This document shows, piece by piece, positions 25,497-38,259 of a stretch of DNA of 64,000 nt. The DNA is from Vicugna vicugna (Eukaryota). The notes beneath the pieces were generated by a model that was not told where the DNA came from, did no database searches, and worked only from the letters and a program-made list of their open reading frames with translations. Each line of letters starts with the position of its first letter. Positions within the stretch are counted from its first letter, which is position 1. The translations under genes and the position numbers were made by a program. The stretch spans positions 2,939,696-3,003,695 of the forward strand of contig MU058540.1 in assembly GCA_013265495.1 (NCBI GenBank). The letters run 5' to 3'.

Positions 25497-26436
25497 TTGG
25501 AATTTTCTATATATTACATAGGTATTAACTTCCTTTCTCTAACCACCCCCTCCCTAAAAAATCAGAAAAATTAAAAAAAAAATAAAATCTCTTATCTAGT
25601 TTCCTTAAAGTCTTAGATTTAAAAAATTCAAGTGGTGCTTCTCCTTTATGAGAATACTGCTTTTTAAGGAGAATTCATAAGTCTGTCCTTATGCTCACTA
25701 CAGATTTCTACTCCTTCCTAGGGAAAAAAATGGTCAATGCTTCTGCTTCTTTTTAATAAATTCTTTTCTCGATTATTACACATTATCATTCCCCACTTGA
25801 CACCTTCTTAGAAACTTGATTGTTGGATGCATTTTTCATTTGGCAAAAATTCAATGTGGCTTTGCGTGGGATGTCTAAGTGTCAGAAACAGCAGTGTTGT
25901 TCTGGTTTTGAGAGGGAAAATATATAGAGATGCATACAATCCCTGGAAGAATAAATGCAAGAGACTGAAACGGGGGGCGCACACAGTTAAGACAGCTGAT
26001 AGACACTACTTGTTTCGAATTCTGTGGCTGTCAGCCACCAAACACTGCAGTGTAGACCAGAATATAAATTTCCACAAGAAGAGGTTGATTAGGCACTATG
26101 GAATGACAGAGTTGGCTTCACTTAGTTTCAAGTACACAGAGCAGATACCACAAGAAGGAGCAGTATGAGTCATTTGCAGTGAGCAGTAACCCGTGAAGGG
26201 TCATAAATGGACATCTCTGCAAATGCTCTGTTAACACAGGCACTGGGGACCACAAAAGAAGTATCCTATTAAAATACACTTCCATCTCTAACTCACCCAA
26301 GACCCCAGGCCTCCTCAGCGCCACGATCTGCAAGGCCAAAGTGAAGTTTAGAGTTACGTGTCATTCTAGGTCATCTGGAATTTGGTTCGCTGGGGTCATC
26401 TCAGAAGACCTGGGGGTGCTCAAGAGAGCAGCAAGT

Positions 26437-26657
26437 CTACCCAGAAGGGTATGCCTTAATGATCTTCACATCGTCCACGGGGCGGTCTTGGGAGTTTGTT
26501 TCCACCATTCCTACTCGATTCACCATTCCTATACCCTGGCACACACGGCCAAAAATGGTGTGTTTCCCGTCAAGCCACTGGGTGGGAGCTAGGGTCACAA
26601 AGAACTGGCTACCGTTGGTATCTGGCCCTGCATTGGCCATTGCAAGAATCCCAGCCC
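26437..26657 (-). CDS. PPIL1: Peptidyl-prolyl cis-trans isomerase-like 1, coding exon 4 (last)
   Basis: Polypyrimidine tract plus AG at 26659-26658. Encodes [39 protein letters not shown]...KAYPSG*, the cyclophilin C-terminal half. 221 nt. Confidence 0.98.
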
Positions 26658-27237
26658 CTGGAGGGAAAAAGAAAGAGAGAAAAGAGTATAAATAACACTC
26701 AGAGCCCCAGGCTGGAGCTCTACACCAGCCTAGAAATAAAAGGAAGCCAGATTTTGTTCTGGCCTCTATCATCAACCACTGACCTGATAACCTTCCCCTC
26801 AGGGCAGTCTCTCTGCCGAAGCACAAAGGTTAACTACCCCACTACCCTGATGGCCTCATCTTCCTTGTTTTCAGCTACTCCTTAGCTTCTATCCATGATG
26901 ATACCCACTAACCACTGGACCATGTTCCTAATTCCCCTCAAAAATCCAGGAAGTTCTCCTCTGTTCCTTTGAGGAAGCTTTTGCTTTCTTACGGTTTACA
27001 GCAGCAGCACTCAACAGGTAGTTAGAGTCGAGATCACTCAGATCAGCACTCTGACTCTCTCGGGATTTGAGAGGCGCTGCTTTCTCTCATCTGCCACGGC
27101 TCTTTGTGGCGCCACAGCTGGGTAGCTACAGGGCACCATGCCACGGTGTCAGGCATTCACCTCGAATCACAGCCAAAAGAATGAGCTTTTAAACCCATTC
27201 CCTTTTCCTACCCAGTCTACCCAGAATATATACATAC

Positions 27238-27306
27238 CCGTGAATTTCAAGTCTGGATGAAGTTCATCTTCAAATTGCTTGCCATAGATAGATGCACCAC
27301 CTCGAC
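27238..27306 (-). CDS. PPIL1: PPIL1 coding exon 3
   Basis: CAG acceptor and GTATGT donor. 69 nt encoding (G)RGGASIYGKQFEDELHPDLKFT(G). Phases match exons 2 and 4. Confidence 0.97.
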
Positions 27307-27695
27307 CTGCCAGTTAGAAGATGAGAAACCAATCAGCCAGTCCTACATTCAACCTCACACTAAGAGCCATGGCCCAGGGTCAAAGGATTTTTTTTTGGAG
27401 TTTAGGAAAGGAAAAGGCAGTAAGACCTCTGCTAATAAGTACATTTTAACTACACAGCCCAGCAGCAGAATCAAGCACTGACAGAGCACTTTCAAATCAC
27501 TGGTTTTATTTAGTTAAGATGTTCCTTTTCAAAATAATGCTGAGTGATTTTTTCCTGCTTATTAAAGTAATACACGTTCACTGTCAAAAATGTAGAAAAC
27601 ATAGAACATTATCAAAGGAACATTAAAGTCCCCTGTAATCTAACCATCTACAAATAACCACTATTCATAGCTGGAGATGTGTTAAGAAGTCTCTT

Positions 27696-28150
27696 AATTT
27701 TTCATGTTTATGAGTGCTTTAGATAGGAGTGCCCGAAGCCCTAACCCTGCACACACCACGGACATCGCTAATCAATCAGCACTCTTCCCTGCTGAGCTTA
27801 CATTGGCCTCAGAATTCTTACCAACCCAGAACTCCAGGCAACCAGTTTTAATGGATCAGAGACGGCATAAGAATCAAAACCTATTTGATGTTTGCTATTT
27901 ATTTTGCTTCATCTTAACCCAAATGAAGGAAAATAAAATTCATTTAAGTCATAGATATCTAGCTTAAGTTCTGAGAAACAGGGATAGTGGTAAGTGGCAA
28001 TGTGGCAGGAAGAATAATATAACGGTAGGCAGAATTCATTGAGAGGAGGGGCAGTGTACTGTAAGACGAATAAAAAGAAACACGGCATTGGGAATGTTTT
28101 GTTTGCAACATCCTCACCACATGTTATTTATATGTCCACAAGAATCCACA
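27696..28150 (+). repeat. Direct duplication, copy 1 (455 bp)
   Basis: Aligns to 28588-29012 (offset 892 in the proximal part). The ORF track shows the same peptide at 27704 and 28596. Confidence 0.97.
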
Positions 28151-28155
28151 TTCTG

Positions 28156-28587
28156 ATTGAAAAGGAGGGAATACTCCCAAACTCTTTCTATGAAGCCACC
28201 ATCACCCTGATACCAAAACCAGGCAAAGACACTACAAAAAAAGAGAATTATAGGCCAATATCACTGATGAACATAGACGCCAAAATCCTCACCAAAATTT
28301 TAGCAAATAGAATCCAACAACACATAAAAAAGATTATACATCATGACCAAGTGGGGTTCATCCCAGGGACACAAGGCTGGTTCAACATACGCAAATCAAT
28401 CAATGTAATACATCACATCAACAAGAGAAAGGACAAAAACCACATGATCATCTCAATCGATGCAGAAAAAGCATTTGATAAAATTCAACACCCATTTATG
28501 ATAAAAACTCTCGCCAAAGTGGGTATAGAGGGAACATATCTCAACATAATAAAAGCTATATATGACAAACCTACAGCCAGCATAGTA
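28156..28587 (+). mobile_element. Internal LINE-1 ORF2 fragment (start of reverse transcriptase domain), no 3' UTR or poly(A)
   Basis: Uninterrupted frame [25 protein letters not shown]...[15 protein letters not shown]...[18 protein letters not shown]...YDKPTASIV. Confidence 0.97.
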
Positions 28588-29012
28588 AATTTTTCATGTT
28601 TATGAGTGCTTTAGATAGGAGTGCCCGAAGCCCTAACCCTGCACACACCACGGACATCGCTAATCAATCAGCACTCTTCCCTGCTGAGCTTACATTGGCC
28701 TCAGAATTCTTACCAACCCAGAACTCCAGGCAACCAGTTTTAATGGATCAGAGACGGCATAAGAATCAAAACCTATTTGATGTTTGCTATTTATTTTGCT
28801 TCATCTTAACCCAAATGAAGGAAAATTAAATTCATTTAAGTCATAGATACCTAGCTTAAGGAGAAACAGGGATAGTGGTAAGTGGCAATGTGGCAGGAAG
28901 AATAATATAACGGTAGGCAGAATTCATTGAGAGGAGGGGCAGTGCATTGGGAATGTTTTGTTTGCAACATCCCCACCACATGTTATTTATATTATGTCCA
29001 CAAGAATCCACA
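28588..29012 (+). repeat. Direct duplication, copy 2 (425 bp)
   Basis: Second copy of 27696-28150. The length difference is explained by 29-, 4- and 3-bp indels. Confidence 0.97.
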
Positions 29013-30379
29013 CTCCTGCTGTGCCAAAAACCCAGGTTTTGTTGGTAGAGAAAAATACGCTAAATATGATTTTCCCATACGAAAAATAAGTCCTAACAGG
29101 AGATAACTCTCCTAATCTATTATTTAGTCAACCATATGCCTTGTTGAACTACTTTGGTTTCTCTAAATTGACCAGCCAAGACAAAACAGCCTGGAACAAA
29201 GTGAACACTGGATTTATTAGCACTGTGCTTGCCTGGCAGCCAGGGAACAGCCTAGAGCTCACCTCCTTTTACAGCCTGCTGTGAAAGTAGCATGTTAAAG
29301 CACCATGTCCACCCCCAGAGGCCCCTGGGCCTGGCTAAGGTGTTTCCATGGTAAAAAATCCTTTGCTTTATCTTTCAGGATGCTCCACCACAGGGAGCCT
29401 GTCACTGCCCCCGGTTCAGGAAGAAAACACTGTTTTCATGCAAAGAGGAATGGGGGTGAATCCTCACAGACCTGGGGAAACCTCCCACCTGGCCCCAGCT
29501 ACCTATCCTTCTGGAAAATTACTGAGCACCAAACTATGTAAAAAATCCATTCCAAAAATTCCAACTTGCCAGTGTACCTCCAAATAGCAATTATATAACC
29601 AATATGTTCCCTCTGACTAAAGTCAAGGTTCCTGCCTGAGCCTGGGTAGGGGGTGGTTAGTGGAAGTGCTAGGGCTGAAGATGAGACAGGACAGAGAGGG
29701 CTGTGGGGGCAAACTAAGGTCAAGCCCTACACCCAGGCCTTTAGAGAGTGAGCAGCTGAGGATGAAATTCAGGAGTGTGCTGTCAATCCACAGGCTTAGT
29801 CTTGGAAGTATGATTCTTGCAAGCCAAGGTCTGCCAGAACCTCAAGACCCCTGCCCTCTAGGAACTGAAACCCATCACATAAATGGCAGCATAAACAGGA
29901 CGAGGATTACAGGATAGGCCAGTCAAGAGTCACTTGACTGGGGTTTTAGAAGTCTGGGGTTTTAAATAACCAGGAGATGAAAGGAAAGGGCATGGAGGCC
30001 CTTTTTTACTCACTAGGCATATTCTGACCAACTGCAAGTAGTTTGGGCCTCTAAGGCACCATTTACTCATAATATGTTATCATTTCATAACCTAATTCAA
30101 CTCAGTAGGGTTTGCAGCAAAATGTCAGAAAGACAAATAATTCCAATCAAAACATTTCTTTGGGCATGTGGAATAGGGGAAAAATGGTAGGGGGACAGGG
30201 AGTGATTAAAGAGTTCTCTGGTGCAAAGCAGGCGACACAGATGCCAATGATCACTTATAAAGCCAACAACTGGGAAACTGCAGTAAAAAATATGCTGTGT
30301 GCCTCTGCTAGTATAGATACAATGGAGACAGGCACAGGCCTGTTTTCTAAACTCTATCCTCAAACTTCTTTTACTTTTT

Positions 30380-31300
30380 CATCCTCTCCTGATATACTGA
30401 ATATTTCAGACATAAAAAGATACAAAGAGTAATATGACAAACAACTGTGCACCCTCCCCTCAAGAAATAAATTGTGGCCAATCCAGCTGAAGATCCCAGA
30501 CACACACACCCTCTACATCCCTTCCTGACTCCGCCACTCTTCCAAGAGCTAACAATTGCTTCGAAGGATCATATTTTCCTCTCAGGTAACCACCATTCTG
30601 ATCAGGAGTTTGTCGTTTCTGTGCATTTTCTTTTCTATTACATATGTATGCATCCCTGAAAAAAGTATTAATTGTTTTGCATGTTTTGGGGTTTATATAA
30701 ATGGTATTATACACAATGTATTCTTCTGCAACTAGCTTTTTTTTGTTCACCATTATAAGGGATATTCATCCATTTTGTTCCATGCAGCTCTCTGTAGTAT
30801 TTATTCTGCTGTATGATTACAGTACAATCTTATCTTTTCTCCTTGTGATGGATATTTTGGCTATCATAAACCATGCTTATACTGCCTCCCAAACTCAAGT
30901 GCAGGAGCTCTAAGGAACTATATCTCATGGGGGATATGCAGGCTCACAGTTTATGAACATTTCACCATTAACTAGATTTCCCAGAATATTTTGCCAGAAG
31001 TGGTAGCAATGTGCACCCCCACCCACAATGCCCTCACTTTCACTCTTAACAGATCTAGGTCCTTTTGCCAGGCTTTCTAACATCTGTCAGTCTGAAAGGT
31101 GTCAGGTCTCTTGTGGTGTTCCGTTTCCCTGAAGTTGTGCATGATTGCGTGTTCACTGGCTATTTAGCTTTCCTCCCCTGTCAACAACCACTTCTCTACT
31201 GAGTGGTCTGATGTTTTAAAATTCATACATATTATATATTTGGGTTATTCTGGATACTAATCCTTTGTGAAGTTAATGCTTTTGCAAATAGTTTCTTTTT
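30380..31300 (-). mobile_element. Old L1 (L1M-type) 3' region, degraded
   Basis: Antisense L1M 3'-end motifs (ggtaaccaccattctg; ttatataaatggtattatac; ttattctggatactaatcctttg). Confidence 0.65.
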
Positions 31301-32149
31301 CTGATAAGAAGGGACAAACAGACTCCTTTGTCTTTCACTCATAGCTCTTTCCTCATCTTCCTTCTTTGAAAGCAGAGGTGTCAGGAGTAGCAGCAGCCAT
31401 TTTACAGTCACAAGAGAAGTTTGAGATCAAAGGCCAACACAGTGAGAACAATTGAGTGGAAAGACATAGCAAGCCTGGGTCCCTAACAACTTTGCTGGGC
31501 AGCTGAATCAATGCCTGCAACTGCTTACCTCCAGACATTTTGTTCTGTGAGAAAAACAAAAGTTCTCTTTGTTTAAGCCTCTGTGGTTGAATTTTCTGCT
31601 ACTTGTAGCCAAAAGCATCCCAAATTGATACAATCACTTTGTCAGTAACAGTAGGAAAGGGGAACCAACTAGTGGAGCTGCTATTGAATTACCAGGGCAA
31701 ATGGTACCAAATCTAACGCAGGAAACAGACTATGGTTCTCCAGGAAGCTCTGTAGTTCTTAAGATAGGAGTTCTCTCTTTCTCACTTGCCTTTGGGGTCA
31801 GAGAGATCTAAATTTCAGTTCCCACTCCACCACTTAAGCAAGATACTTACCCTCTCTAAGCACCAGTTCCTTGACTGCAAAGTAGGAATAGTAGCAGTAC
31901 CCAAATCTCATAGGATTATTATGAGAATCAATTGAGACAATGTATGGAAACCATGTAGTGTATAACATGAAGCAAACACAGCAGTATCAGTGATGATGAG
32001 CCCCCTTTAACAGAAATAACATGAGCGTTTTCCGTGAAAGGCAACTGTAGGTCATGACCAATAGTCCACCTGGGGAGCTAGGCTGCCTGCGTTTATCCCA
32101 GTCCCTCTGTCTTCAAACCTCTACCACTTCCTCGCTGCTCCTTGCTCTT

Positions 32150-33810
32150 TGGGGATAGCTTTGCTTCTTATGTCTCTGAGAAAAAGGAAGAGAACTTCCA
32201 CATGTTCTCACCACCAAATCCACTTTCCTCCCTACATTTCTACCCACTTACCTCCCTTCTTCCCTTATTACTATGCTGTATAAGTAACTTGTTCAAATGG
32301 CTATCCCATCACCACATACTAATCAATCCCACTCACCTTTAAGGAACTTTACAACTACAATTTTCCCTTCTCCTGCATCAATTTTTCTTTCTGGTGGATC
32401 ATTCCTATCAGCATAAAAATATGGTATTACTATTTCCCATTTTGGAAAAAAAAAACCAACCCACTTTGTCTCCGAGTATCCTGCTATTTCTCTACATCCA
32501 TTCCCAGGAAAACTTCATTCCGCTTCTTCTCCTGCCTCTTGAATGCTCTCCATTCAGATGTTTGCCCTCACCACTCCACTGAAACTGCTCTTGTCAAAGT
32601 CATCTGTATCACCACGTTGTTAAATCCAATGCTCAATCCGCAGGTATCACCTTGCCTGATCCACAAGCAGCTCCTGACAGCTAAGGTCACACTTCCTGAA
32701 GTCCTACCTTACTGGCAGCTCTTCATCTTCCCCCACTGGCTCCTTCTCCTCTTCTCTTTCACAGGGGTTAGACCTGAACTGATGTGTGGATACTTCCCCT
32801 TCCAACCTTTGCTCCCTCACCGCTTTATCTTTCACAGGTGTTACCCGAGTAAATCTCTTGAATATCTAACTCTGTCTTGGCACATGCTTCCCGGAGGATC
32901 AGAACCAATAGAACCACTGTCACTGTAGTCCAAACTACAACAAACTCTAGCTTTAACAACAACGAAAGCTTCTAGTTGGTCTCCCTGTTTCCAGCTTTGC
33001 CTCCCACTTTCCGTACCAGTCTCTTCTCCACGTGGAAGCCACAGAGATCCTTTTAAAACAAGTCTCATCATGGCAGTCCTCCGCTCAAAATCCTCCAGTG
33101 ACACTTCATCTCACTTAGGACAAAATCCAAAGTCTTCACCACAACTTAAAAGAGTTTCCATGATCTGGTGCTCTCATACCTCCTGCCACTCTCCCCTTCA
33201 CTCACCTGCTCTGGCCATACTGGCAGAGCACACTCTCGTCTAGGACCTCTGACTGCTGTTCCCTCTGTCTTGTCCTTGCCCCTGACTGTCTCATGACTCA
33301 CAATTTCAGTTTATTCAGAGATCTACTCAAATGCCTCCTTATCAGAGAGGTCTCCCCTAATCACACTATCCAAAAACCACTTCCTTCACTCTCTGTCCCA
33401 GTGATTCTCAACTAGGGATGACTCTGTCCCCCTGGGGACAATAAGTGAAGACATTTTTGGTTGTCAAAAGAGAGTTCTTGAGTTCTGGCAGCTAGGAGGT
33501 AGAGGTCAGAGATGCAGCTAAACATCTTACAATGCACAGGACAGCCCCCACAACAAAGAATTATCCAGCCCAAAATATCAATACTGCCAAAGCTGAGAAT
33601 CCCTGCTCTATCCCCTTATATATTATTTTTTCCACATCATTTGTCATGCATGACCAGATAGTATATTATGTATTTGTTTCTTCACTGTCTCTCTCACATT
33701 ACAGTAAGAGTGCCACAGGGCTTTCTTATTCATTATTATATCTCCAGCTCTTAGAACAATGCCTGGACTATGGCATGAGTCTAACAGACATTTGCTAAAT
33801 TGATTAACAA
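32150..33810 (+). mobile_element. LINE-2 remnant interrupted by MER20 and other inserts
   Basis: caccactccactgaaactgctcttgtcaaagtca, aaaatccaaagtcttcacc and ttagaacaatgcctgg...atttgctaaattga motifs. Confidence 0.7.
33399..33605 (+). mobile_element. MER20 hAT-Charlie MITE
   Basis: TIRs cagtgattctca...tgagaatccctg. 8-bp TSD ctctgtcc/ctctatcc. Internal gacatttttggttgtc and aaacatcttacaatgcacaggacagccccc. Confidence 0.9.
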
Positions 33811-36089
33811 CCAAAATAAATAATAAACAACCATATTTTTTTGAGCTCCTATTTTGTATCAAGCCTGTGCTAACCATTTTACAAACACCTACTCGTTTAC
33901 TACTCACAACAAACCCATGAGGCGCATATAACCACATTCCCCACTTATAGATAAGAAGGTTCAGGAAGGTTATACAACCTATCTACATCTAATAAATATT
34001 CATATGAACCCAAGAACCAACCTCAAGCCCAGTGAGCTTCAAAACTCTCTGTTCACCTCGATGCTACATCACATTGGCATATACCATGGCTGGATTAAAT
34101 GTCCTCATATTTTTCTTAGCCCAGACTCAAGAGTCCCAAATAGTCTCTGAATGACGTTAGATCAAACCTGAACTCCTACCTGGGAGTCTCTATGAACTGG
34201 CCCCATGCTATCTCCTACTACTCTGCACACACTGCCTCAAACTGCTCCTCCTTTACCATCCTCTAAACACGCAGTTTGGTGGCCTTAGCAATCACATTTT
34301 ATGCATTTGTTCTGGGCAGGAAAAGCTGGTTGGGTTATGTGACAGAGTCAGTCTAGAGTGAGACACAACACCTGGTGTGGTGGGCTCTCCTTTACACCCT
34401 ACACGCCTCTATCATTTGTGTCTCTGCTCTGTACTCATTTTTCTTTCTAAATCTAAAATGCCCTTCCCTGTCCTCTCAAGAGTTAAAATTCTACATTTCC
34501 TTCAAGGCCCACCTCAAAATATGACACCATCCCATTCTGTAATCCCACTCCATTGTACTTTTCCTCTTATTATAAATTATTCCAATCTATGTTATATACA
34601 TAATTCATAGAGTACCTCTATGTATTTGCATATTTATTATATTATTACTAATGAGTTGTTTCTTATAATGAATACCTTGTCTTCCTGGTAGGGCAGGGAG
34701 CTCTGCAAGGAAAAGAAAAATGCCTTGGTTTCTAACGCTTAAATACTCCTGACAGGCCTTAGAATAGCACAGGATACCCAGGAGATTCTTAGCAAATATT
34801 CACCAAATGAATAAAATTAATAATGTGCTTGCTGTTCAACACATTAAATTTCAGGTGTTCCTGGGACTTCTAAGAGAAGAGATGAAATCAGAGTGAGGAT
34901 GATGCACAGCATAATCAGCATGTAATTAATCACCACAATCATGGCAGCTAAGTGCAAAGCAAGAAGTGAAAGGAAGAGCTTCATAGGATGCCAGGTCTCA
35001 TAGGAAGAGGAGAAAGAGAAGAAGTTAGTAGAAACAGATAAAAGATATCCAGAGGGCTGAGGAAAGAGCCAGCATAGTTATTACAATAAAGGAAACTTAT
35101 AAGAAGAAAAATAGATTAAAATGAAGCAGGAAGTCAAAGATATTTGAATTGAGAAAACATCTGGCAAAGGTGTATCAGAAAGACCATAGAAAGAATAGTT
35201 CCAGAGTAGTAAGACTGAGGGACAGTTGGGGATGGATATGATGCGTCAACCTGCTGAAGAGTCCAGGATGCCACGTGCTGTTTATCTGAGATATTCAGCA
35301 AAAACTGTTACCTAATCAGCTAGAAGCTCATATACTAGTGATCCAGAAGGGCCTAACTCCTGTTTGCCTTCCACCACAGGCCTGCCAGTAGGCTTGGCTC
35401 AATCACTCATTACACTTGAGACTGAATGCAATTATTTGGAAATCTTTTGAGTAATTCAATTTCATTAAAATTACACCATGGAAATGTGACATTATGAAAG
35501 GTTGCAAACTAACTACAAAAACACAGGGAGGCTCTGGCATGAGTTCTCATATATGAGTCACTTCCAATTCTCATACACTAATCAAGGACTCTCTCAGGTC
35601 ACTGGTGTTATGAATTAAAATTTTATCTCATACCAACAATGAGAGAGGAAGAAGACAGGAAAGAAATACATCAAAGTGTTGACAGGACATTTTCAGAAAA
35701 ATAAAATGGAATGAAGCAGAACTAGACTTTGCCTCCCCTAATACTTGATGAAGCAAACACAAAAAATTCAATTTCTTTCAAAGCCAAAAATTTATCAGCA
35801 ACAACCAAACAAGAAAAGGGAGACAAACTTATTCCAAAGATTCTGAAGAGTCAGTCAAGGAAAGAAATAAGGGATTTCTTCTGCCTGCACTCCCTAAAAG
35901 TAGTAATCAGGAAAGGAATGTCACCCAGAGAATTCTCACAAATATCTTCCAATTCTGAGAAGCCAACAAGAAGAGTGGGTGAACAGCCCTGAAAAAGTTA
36001 AGGAGAAGCCCACACACCACAGGTGCTCAGGAGTGGCAGGTCAGGCTAACAGCACTGGCTACCTTAGAGGGGTGGAGGAGCACTGGGCC

Positions 36090-36588
36090 ATAATGGGGAC
36101 CAGGATGTGCTGCTCTAAAACAGGGCACTGTGGCATGTAAGTATTTCAAGTTGAAGGAATCTGAGAAATGGCAGGTGCAGGAAGGATTTTCTGACCTTCT
36201 CCTGAAGTGATTGTAAGACCCTCATGTGGCAGGTGCCCTCCATATACCCAGAGGAAAGGAACATCCCCACCTTCAAGACAGAGGGACACCAGGAGGAATA
36301 TGAATGAACAAGCCTTGCTAAGTCTCCCTAGTTTTACTACACTGAGCTCATACTAATACCCCTTTTGTTCTATCATATTTTCCCACGACTTTCCACTCTT
36401 CATCAAACTTGGCATAAAAATGCTCAGGGTAACCCCTTCTTCAGGTCCTCATTTCCTTTTAAAGGCTCTGATATCATGTAGACCTTATAGTAAGTAAACC
36501 TGTATGCTTGTCTCTCATTCATATGTCTTCTTTTATAGAAACCCAGGTGAAAATGAAAAAAAGGTATGAGGATATTTTGCTCTGCTAC
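36090..36588 (+). mobile_element. ERV1 solo LTR (MER34-like)
   Basis: Start ggggaccaggatgtgctgctctaaaa...tggcatgtaagtatttcaagttgaagg resembles recalled MER34-group LTRs. Confidence 0.6.
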
Positions 36589-37175
36589 TGCTAAACTCAG
36601 GAGCTACCCAGGGCTTGAGGTTGGGGTAGAGGGACACCACCAGCAGGGGAAGAGGCCCTGGGATATGGCTTTAATGGAGTCTGGGAAAACAGTACAGACG
36701 CTAGCCCTCCCACAGGAGCTCACTCAGCATGAGCTGAGCTGGTGTTTTCTCCCACACCCTTGTCAGGATAGAATAAAATGGAGAGAAAGCAACCCAGCAT
36801 TTGGGATGGGGAAGATAACTGGCCCCACACAGGCAGGGAGAGTGGCAAAGACAATTCACTTACACTGTACCCGAGCAAATAAAAGGTAAGGCCGACACTA
36901 AGAGTGGATAAGATGACAAGAAATGGCACGGAGACTATGCAAACATACACAACAAATGGAAAGAAAGAAAGAGAGAAAATATATCCAAGAAGAGCTTTTC
37001 TGTGGCTGTTTCAAGCTACAGAAGCTTCAAGAGAAATAAGAATCCAACAAAACAAGAGCTCAAAGACAGGATAATAAATCAGTGGAATAAAGTGAAAAGA
37101 TTGCAGAGTTAAGGAAACAGATTGAGAGTCAAATGACACCAAGACAGCACTAATAAATAAATTAGAGCAGCAAAG

Positions 37176-37570
37176 ATAAAAACCGACAACATAACGCCAT
37201 TTGCAGCAACATGGATGCTCCTAGAGAATGTCATTCTAAGTGAAGTAAGCCAGAAAGAGAATGAAAAATACCATATGAGATCACTCATATGTGGAATCTA
37301 AAGACTTGTGGACAGAGAATACAGACTTGTGGTTACCGGGGGGTAGAGGGTGGGAAGGGATAGACTGGGATTTCAAAATTGTAGAATAGATAAACAAGAT
37401 TACACTGTATAGCACAGGGAAATATACACAAAATGTTATGATAAATCACAGAGAAAAAAATGTGACAATGAGTGTGTATATGTCCATGAATGACTGAAAA
37501 ATTGTGCTGAACACTGAAATTTGACACAACATTGTAAAATGATTATAAATCAATAAAAAATGTTAAAAAA
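37176..37570 (+). mobile_element. 5'-truncated young LINE-1 (same family as 1-1177)
   Basis: Near-identical to 726-1177 except for a ~50-bp deletion after the stop codon. AATAAA plus A tail. TSD aattWgagcagcaaag at ~37160-37175 and 37571-37586. Confidence 0.95.
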
Positions 37571-38259
37571 AATTTGAGCAGCAAAGAACAGAATAGACAT
37601 GACTCAGAATTGAATAAGGCACAGAGTAAAGGTCTGAGATTATTTCAATGGATGCAGGAAAAAATAGAAAACCATCACCTCATTTACTCAAAAGAAATGT
37701 GACAGATATATGGAAGACAAAGGTGATGAAACAAAGAATAACTATTTCCTGAAATAGAAAATCCAGTAAGTGTAACAGAGAAATATTCAGAAATACAAAT
37801 AAAAAAATTTTCCCTGAATTGAAGGAAGAAGTAAATCTGGCTTCAATAGTCTCCAAAGCCATGTTCAAAATCAGAAGGCAATGGAACAGAAATGTCTAAA
37901 AAGATCTGAGGGAATTAGTCTGGCCCAAGAACAGTATACCCAGTCGGTCTTTTTCAACTATAAGGGTAACAGGCAGAAATTCTCAAACATGGTTGAGTCT
38001 GAAAATAGAACATCCTCCAGCCCTTGCAATAAAAACCACTCAACAAGAAATTCTGCCCTCTAGAACTGATGAACAGAAAAGCCTAGTGGTGAGCACTGAA
38101 CCCTCTGAACCATAGAACTCACACTATAGCTGAGGGGCTCATGGGTGTAGAATGGAAAATGCTGTAAACTCTGATAAGGAAAAATAAAGTAACCACAAAA
38201 AATTGGGAGCAAGGGAGAGAGGACAGGTGCAAGATAATAGGAAAAAAAATAATTTTTTA

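Noticed and set aside
27748..27770. RE1/REST-like motif (caccacggaca) in both duplicated copies
   Set aside because: The left half-site CAGCACC and the final G of GGACAG are mismatched, so the match is too weak.
28039..28605. 188-aa chimeric ORF as a domesticated RT gene
   Set aside because: It starts at TTG, lacks the catalytic YADD region, has no visible promoter or splice context, and is fully explained by the L1 fragment.
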